NCBI GenBank assembly: GCA_964630515.1 | Contig: CAZVVP010000001.1 | Span: 1,139-65,138 of the forward strand | Direction: 5' to 3' | Length of the DNA stretch: 64,000 nt | Origin: an uncultured Christensenella sp. | GTDB taxonomy: Bacteria > Bacillota > Clostridia > Christensenellales > UBA1242 | Shown here: positions 52,401-61,400 of the stretch, one piece after another | Position numbering within the stretch: position 1 is the stretch's first letter | How the letters are laid out: the number at the start of each line of letters is the position of its first letter | Notes under the pieces: model-generated | What the model was told of the DNA's origin: nothing | The model's input: only the letters and a program-made list of their open reading frames with translations | Database searches by the model: none | Position numbers and translations under genes: made by a program

Positions 52401-55400
52401 TCAAAATAGATGTGTCTAAAGATGGTGCTGGTGAATATTTGATAAATATGTCTGTTGAAGGTGCTGGTAGTTTTGGAGAGATAAATGCTGCTACGAATGC
52501 GGGATTGTCTAGTCTGCTTGATGAAACTTATTATAGTTATTTCTATTATTTCGATTTTACACAGACATTAGGTGGAGAATCTTTCTATTTAAGAATGTAT
52601 GTTGTGCCAAAGAAAGATAATTTTGGAAATCCTGATTGGCAAAATATTGTGATTTGGGTAGAAAGAACAGATAATTCTGGAAATTTATATAAAGAAAAGT
52701 CGATAATAAATAATATTACATACCAAGTTAAGTTACAGATTGAGACAATAGTAGAAGAAACGTATACAAACTTCAGTAACTATACTGTAGAGAATACTCT
52801 TAGCAAGAAGTCCAATTTGGCTGTTGAGCCAAATTTAAGAATTGCAGACTTAGTTCCTGTTATGCAAGGTGATACTGTAAGTTTTGACTTTAGAGAATTT
52901 GAAAAAGATGTGGACTATGTCTTAGATGGCGATAATTATATAATGAATGAGACTGAAAATACAGTTAAAGTTATTGATTATACTATTTTAGATGCACATT
53001 CAAATAGTCCAAAGATTGCAAATCCTATATCTTTAAACAATCAAAATGTTAATAGGGAAATTGTTTGTGTTAAGAGTTCTGATGATAGAATTTCAGTTTC
53101 AGTTGATACAGAAAAACAACAAATTAAGATACAAATTCTAAAGCTATCTTCTCTTGATGCTACAAATTATATTAATCCTAATTTCAAAATTACATTACAA
53201 GTTAAAGGTAGCCAGTATGATGTTAATTCTTATGCTGTACAAGAAGTTATAAATGTAGTTGTAGAAGATGGAAAGAATAATCCATTTAGTATTAAAAATC
53301 AACAACAATTACAAGGTATTAACAATAGCCTAGGTTCAAATTATGTGTTAGTAGAAGATATTGTATTAAATAATACATTTGTACCTATTGGTTCGGAAAA
53401 GGAACCATTTACTGGAAGTATTTCTGGAAAAAGAACAGTTACAGATTCCACTGCTGTGGCAGATTATAGCATTAGTGGATTTAATTATACTGCTGTAGTA
53501 GATGAAAAGATTGAATTTGGAGAATATAGTACTGGAGCTAATGGCAGAATAGGTATCGGAATTTTTGCTTATGCTGTTGGCGCTAAAATAAGTAATATTG
53601 TGTTATCTGACATTAATATTAACATTTCGACAGTAAGTGGAACGAACCCTTCTGGGGTAGATATTGTTAATACACAACTTGCTGTTGGGTCTTTGGTTGG
53701 TTGGGCTGAGAAATGTTTAATCAATTATATTTTCGTTGATGATGGTAATAAATTACAAAATTTAGATGGTGAGTTTGTATCAAATGTTTCAAGTAAGCTT
53801 AATTTAGAAGAGTCAAGAAAGACAGTTTCTGGTATTAAATATATAGAAGGAAATATGTCTAAAGCTTATCTTGGTGGCTTGGCAGGTTATGTATCATCAT
53901 CTGTAGAGATGAAGAATAATGCTGTAAAAATACTAATATCCGATTATAACAGTAAAGCAGAAGCTGTAGGTGGTCTAGCTGGTTATGTTATAGAAGCAAA
54001 TAATGATTATAGGAGTATAGAGTTTGCTGATACAAATGATGGAATAAGTGACCAATTTGGCAATTCTGATATAATCGCGCTTATTAATCCACAATTATAC
54101 AAAGAAACTATTAGCAATATTGTTTTAGCTGGAAGTAACTTGGGTGGTGTTGTAGGTGAATTGGTTGGAAATTATGGAATAGCCAATGCAGGAGTTAGAG
54201 CGGTTATATTTGGTTCTAGCAATATAGGTGGTGTTGTAGGTAAATTAACAGAAAGTGCTCAAAGTAAGAGCCCGATTGTGCAAAATTCTAAAGTGCTTCC
54301 ACTCCTAATTGGTGTTAGTGCAGTTGGTGGAATTGTAGGAAATAATGATTCTAAAGGAGAATTAAATTACAATAAAGTTCAATTCCTTGAATATGAGGAC
54401 GCTTATGCTTACTATAATAGTGGAATTGTTGGGCAATATCAGATTGGTTCGATTGTGGGAAGTAATAGTGCTTCTGCTAGTGGAAAGTACAACTCAGCTT
54501 ATTCTTATGTTGTAGCTAACATGATAGCAGAGTCTTTTAATACAACTTCAAGTAAAGAAATTAAGTACTTTGGGGATATTGTTTATCATGTATTTGATAA
54601 AGATTCTGCAAATAACGGTTCAATCAACCCAATCTGTGGAACTAATGATAATTTAGAGTATAGTTTTGCTAAACTAAATATAAACTTTAAGGCGCTAGAT
54701 GGAAATATAGAATTAAATATTGACTCAACTTCTCCAATGTATTGCACAGTGCTTAATAGTGATGATGAGTTCTTAAGTATAAACAATACTATTGACAGAA
54801 ATATTTATCAAGTAGATAATATGGACGACTATGGATTCGGTGGAACTTATAATAATGAGCAATATTATCAATATAAGATAGATGGAACTAATTATTCATA
54901 TGTATTTGTGGTTAATAAAGATAAGACTATTTATGGCGTAGATGGAGTTTATCAACTTGTACTTACTGTGGATTTGCCACCAGAAAGTGTTGAGTTGGTT
55001 AAGCCAGAAATTGATGGTGACTTATATGATGTAGAAGATGCGACTGAGTATACCATTGCAATTACAATGTATGAGTTGGTTAGTGATGACTTGGACAGTG
55101 ACGGAACTGTTTCAACAACAGAATTGATATTCTTAGACTATATCAAAGAATTGTTTGAAGCTAAGAATACATACAAGCTAGAAGAGTTGGCAAATATTAA
55201 TTATCTTCCTAAATTTATTCAAGAGTCAAGTATGGTTTATACCATTATCTCTGGAGATGGCGTTGTAGATATTTATAAGAACTCTGAAGGTGGATATTCT
55301 GTTCAAGCTAAAGAAAGTGGTACAGCGGTGCTTCAATTAACAAATCTATATAACAAGGATATACAAACTATATTAAATATCAAGGTTGTGAGAAAAGTAA

Positions 55401-58400
55401 GCGACATTGATATGCATGTTTTGTCGCAAAATATTGAGACAAGAAATATTACACTAATTAAAGAGACTTCAAATAAATTGTATGTAGATTTATTCTCAGA
55501 ATATTTTGATGGAAATGAGAATTTCTCAAAAATATTTGGTGATATAGACTTAATAGAAAATGAATCAACCAAAGTAGGATTAAGAATGTTCTTGCTTACA
55601 GATGCTGTTGACAAAAGTGGAAGTATTATCCATGAGGCAGGAAACATTGAAAGTTATATCTATGACAACTATTCTTCATATTTCAATGTAAACAATTTGT
55701 CATTTAAACATTTACAAACTCAAGATGGAAAGTATCTCATTTACATTGATTGTGATGCTACAGATCATACATTTATTTCTGCATTGAAGAAATTAGAAGG
55801 AAGTATTTATGTTTGGGCTATGCCTTACATTTATACTGGAGTCAGCACAACTGGGACAGAAAAAGTTGTATTGCAGAACTTCTATACAATAAATAAAGAA
55901 AATAAGGTAGAAATCAAAAGTGATTTTTATAAAAACCCACTTGGTAGAGAGTTTTCTATTGATATTGTTAACGGAACAAGTGATATAACAACTCTTGATG
56001 TTAATGCTGAAGGAACTCCTAAATATGCAACTAAGTTCTCAGTTACAATAGAAACTGATGACCCGACTTCTGTACTTTACTTCTATGTAAATAGAGGAAC
56101 ACATCAATATGAAATAAGCGGACATAATAGGGTAACAAGCATTACAAGCAGAATCAACAATCTAAGCTCTCTTACTACATTTACAAAGAACGGTACAATT
56201 TATACTCTTGGTGGAGATGTCTATTTGTATAGGCTAGGGGATAGAAATTTAAGCAACTTTAGTTTTAGATTTGATAAATATCAAGTAAAACTTCTTGATG
56301 TTACTGATGAAATCGACACTTATGGATATATAACATTTAATTTCCAAATAGAAGTTCTAGATGCGTACAAGTATAATTGTTATGAGGAAGAGAATTATAC
56401 AATCAATTTCTTAACAAATATTGTTGTAGATAAAGATGGAGCTTATGAGTATTTGGGAACAACAAGTGTTTCTTACAAGATGAAGCCACAGTCTTTGGAG
56501 AGTACGGAGATTAATCACTATGTAGATGTTGTTGAGAGAACTTATAACATAGAAGAAGGTAAAGAAACAGTAGAGTACGAAGTTGATTTGTCTTTGCCAA
56601 GCAATACTTTAATTATTGGATATTCTGGAATGTTGCAGGTTAATCTTTATCCTGGATATTCTAAAGTGGATTATGTAGAAATTACTAGTTCTTCTATTAA
56701 TAATGTGTATATTCAATTTGAACAATTAGTTGAAGAGACAGATTTAAATAAGGAAAATGTAACTTCAGATAATTATGTTTCCAAACAATATTATTCTGCA
56801 TATCCTGAAAGAATGACTATAACTAATGGCATTAGATTAAATAATGCTAGTAATGTATATAGAAATAGTGGTGAAGATAAATACGATTTTGAAGGTATAT
56901 ACTATGTCAAAACTCATATCGGAACAATTGTCGATGAAACTAAAACATTTACAGTTACCATTAACTACTTTAAAGATGGCAAGGTTATAAAAACAGAAAC
57001 TATTAATATTTCTCCGGTTATTCCTCCTAGTATAGAAATGACTATTAATGGCGCAAGTAATTCTCCAGTAGCTATTGGAACAGATATTGATATTAATATT
57101 TCTACAAGTAACATTCTAGAAAAAATTGAAGTTGAGCTTACTAAGCCTGGAGAAAGTAGTGCTTCTTTTGGAGTAGATGCAATAAATGATTTTATTGTTG
57201 AATCTTTAGGTGGAACAAATGATACAATACTAGAAAGCTTAATTGATGCTAGATATATGACATCAATTGGAACAGATAAGTATAACTTAAATCTAATGAT
57301 TAAATATAATAAAGAGTTGATTGGTGCAAAGGCAAAAATTACTCTAACAGTTAAAAAAGTTATTAATAACAAAGTTTACAGAGTACCTTCAACTGTTGAA
57401 ATTCAATTTGCATTGTTTGTTGTTGATAGTATTTCGGTTGATGGTGTTGAAGATGGTGTATATAAGGGTCTATTTAATCAAGCTTATGATTTAGAAATTA
57501 AGATTGATGCAACATATTTTGATAATGATAAATTCAAAAGAATTGGAGTTTCTGAATCTGAGGTTAATTATATAGAGTCTCAAATCAAATTGCTTGAGGC
57601 AAGGATAACTTCGTCCGGTCTTGCTTCTGACGGAATAGGGGAAGATGAGAATCATTCGACCAAGACATGGTTTGTTAAGAACTCTATAGGACAATACAAT
57701 AACCTTTCTATTATGCAATCATACTATAGTTTCGTTGTAAGAAATTCTAGCTTTGATGTGTCATATATGCCTAATAGTGCGGGTACTTATACAACAAAAA
57801 CTTTTAGTACTTTGAAATTTAGAAATAATGTTCTTAATACACAAGACTCTATACTTGCACAAACTGTGCTAGTATACTCTTCGCTTGATGTTTATGGGGA
57901 GAGTGTTGCTGGTACTGGTGTCGCTAAATCAGTAAGTGGAATATATGTACTTAGTGATTATGAAGACATGATAGTTGATGAAGAGGGAATGTATCAAGAT
58001 AAAAAAGAATCGTTTAGATACAACTACACAGTAGAATTTACCTTTGAGATGGATAAACTATCTAATGAAGAGAATCCTATTCCAATTTATTCTGAAGAAG
58101 AGTTAATCAATATGTCAGAGGGTGTGTCATATATCCTTATGGCAGATTTAGAGGTTGAGAATTGGTCACCTTTAAATACAAAGATTACAAGTCTTGACGG
58201 TAATGGTTATGTAATTAGGATTAATTCTTTTGCCGATTTGGTTGTTACAGAAAATAATGAAACTGAGAATGCGATAGGATTATTTGGAACTGTCGATGCG
58301 GGAACTTTGCTTAAGAATATTATTATTGAACTTCCTGCTAATCCTATTGTTCAACCAGACAATGAAAAGTTCTATGAAAATAGCGTTAGTAATCCAACTT

Positions 58401-61400
58401 CTGATATACTAGTTAGTATCGGAAAAGTAACAGAGTTTAGTTATGGAACTGTTGCTGGAATTAATAATGGAACTATAACTAATGCAATAGTTATAAATAA
58501 TGCTGATAGTTACAGATATGAAAGAGATAGCTTGCTATATGGCGAAAATGAACTAAGTCTACAAGAGTTTGAAGAAAGGTTAGATAATTATTATTATACA
58601 AGAGTTATAGAGCTTATCGAAAATTATAATTATTATTCTGATAGAACATTGACTTCTGTTTATATTAAATCAGATTGTGAAGATACTAACCAAACTAACA
58701 TTAAAGCTGGTGGACTTGTAGGAATTAATAACGGATATATTACAAATAGTGCAGTTGAGAATGTTTCATTAATTGCACCATTCTATGTAGGCGGGTTTGT
58801 CTGTGATAATACAGGAAAAGTTAGTTCTTCATATTTCAAAAATGGTAATGTTATAAACAACAAAGGTAATGAGACAATTTTTAGTGGAACTGCAGGTTTT
58901 GTTGTAAATAATACTGGTGAAATTGCTTATTCTTATGTTGAGGGAAGTAACACATCTTCCAATTTGGAAATTGTCGATTATGTAAGATTTGTTGATGGCA
59001 AACCTGAGAAAGAATTTACAGAGAAGAAATTTGAACTAAAAGGGCTTAAAGCATCAACTTTGGCAGATTTTGTTGGGTTTAATTATTCTTATGCTACAGA
59101 TGATGAAAAAGAAATATTTAAGCTAAGAAACTTTGGCAACGTTGTATATTCTAATAAGCAAGCATCTGGCTTTGTATATTCTAATAAAGGTTCTGTCACA
59201 GATAGTTATTCTAATATTGTAATCAATGGAGAAAGAACTTCTGGTTTTGTGTTCTATAACGAAGCAAATGCAGTCATTGAGTCGACCTATACTATGTCAA
59301 GTATTCATTCTGGAAACGATAAACATAGCCCATTTGCTGGAACAGTAGTTGAGGGCGTTGGATTAAAGTCATTGAATACTGGTGAAATTTCTAATTCTTA
59401 CTATTTGCAAGTAGGTTATGAGGACTATATTACTTTTGAAGAAGAGAATAGTGGTGTTATAAAACAAAAAGGAATAAAAATCTCCAATGAAGAGTATGAC
59501 AATGGTGAGTATTCTTATATTAACGATAAAGGCGAGACAAAAATTGAATCGATAAGCAACAAAAACGATTATCAAGCTATTAATGAGAATTCTGAAAACA
59601 ACTCAGGATATATCCATAAAGACTATATTGATACATTCGAAGATTTGGGTGATGGACTAAGTAAGAGTGTATATGATTTCAGAACACACGAATCGTTCGT
59701 AAGTTTTGCATTTAACGATAGCTTAGAGGAAAATGGAGAAGATATTGTTAGTTCTGTATGGTTTATTCCGACCGACAGAATAACTAATACAACAGAGGGT
59801 GAAGGTAAGATATTAAAGTCTTATTTCAAGAATACAAATTATACGACCTACGCTCCTCAACTTGTTTCTGCAAACCTAAGAACCACTAGTATTAAGTATG
59901 GTAACTTTATAGAGCCATTACAACAAGATGCTGATATCTATAAGATATTAGAATTGATGAACGATGATATGGCGATAAGCGTTGCTGGTGATATCTTGAA
60001 ATCTGTAAATGATTATATATCAACTAAGAGCGCAGATATAAATAACGCGGGGTATAAATCTAACGAAATCGCAACAATTTATTCTTATATGTATTTGTAT
60101 ATTGCTTATCAAAATTTTGCAGCTAAAGATGTTGTTGAAATTGAAGAGGATAAATACAAGACATGGTTATATCCAGAATTGTCTAAGTTAAGAGTTGCTG
60201 GTGCTACATTTAATAATGAATTAAGTCTTGCTATAAATTGCAAAGCAGATATAATTGATGCGCTTAGCGCTACTGAAGATAATATTTTAACAAAAATCAA
60301 TTCTTATGTAGCAAATATTGTTAGTGAAGAGTTAACTACACCTGATAAGATAATTACTTGGATTAACAAAGTTCAAAAACTTCTTGATACACTTATTTAT
60401 CAGATAAATAGAGTTAATCAAGTTGAAGAGGGTGTAATTACTGCTTATAGTTATTCTAATTTAACAAAAAATGATGCAGGGGTTAATTTGATATATGGAG
60501 AAAGTGTACTTAATCCATATTTGGTTGATACTGCAGAGGACTTTAACATTTATGGTAAACAAATTAACGAAAAGGGTGAATATACAGGTAGTGGTCAATT
60601 AGACAAATCCATGAGAATTATTAAAGATATAACCTTTGGAGAGCTAGACTCTGCGGTTAAGACTTATGATGTTGTGTTCTATGGTGACTTGGAAGGAAAT
60701 AATATGAATATGAATAATATTCGTATTACTGCTGAGACAAATATAGATTCAGATAAGAAAGTAGACAGCATTGGATTGTTTAAGAGTTTAGGTTTAGATG
60801 ATGACGATGATGTATATTACGCATATATCAGAAATCTTAACTTATATATTGATTACGTACAAGCAAACGCTATAACATATGTAGGTGGACTTGCTGGTAA
60901 GATTGATTATGGTAGAATATATAATATTTCTATCAACAAACAAGGTAATCAAACAGGTTCTGGAATATCTGGAGCAAATGTTGTAGGTGGACTTGCTGGA
61001 TTTGTTTCCGGAAATAGTAGATTAACAAATATTATAAGTGATATTAATGTACAAGCTAACTTCTTATTATCTATCAGTGGCATTGGAGAAAACTTATTTA
61101 ATGTAGATGGTACAAGAAAGAATGTTAACATTGGAACAGAAATTTATGGCAAGAATAAAACTAGCGACTTTGGGTTAATTACTTTAGATAATATTTCAGA
61201 TGCTACAAGCAGAAGTTATTCTACAGCAAATCAATTTAATTTATATATTCCTTATTCTTCAGATTTGACAAGAATTTCATATGCTGGAGGTATTGCAGGA
61301 ATTGTTATTTCTGTCGAAGGTTATGATTTTACAGTTACTGGTGCTAGATTTAAAGGAAGTAATATAGTTGGTGGTGAAGTTGTTGGAGGATTGTTTGGCT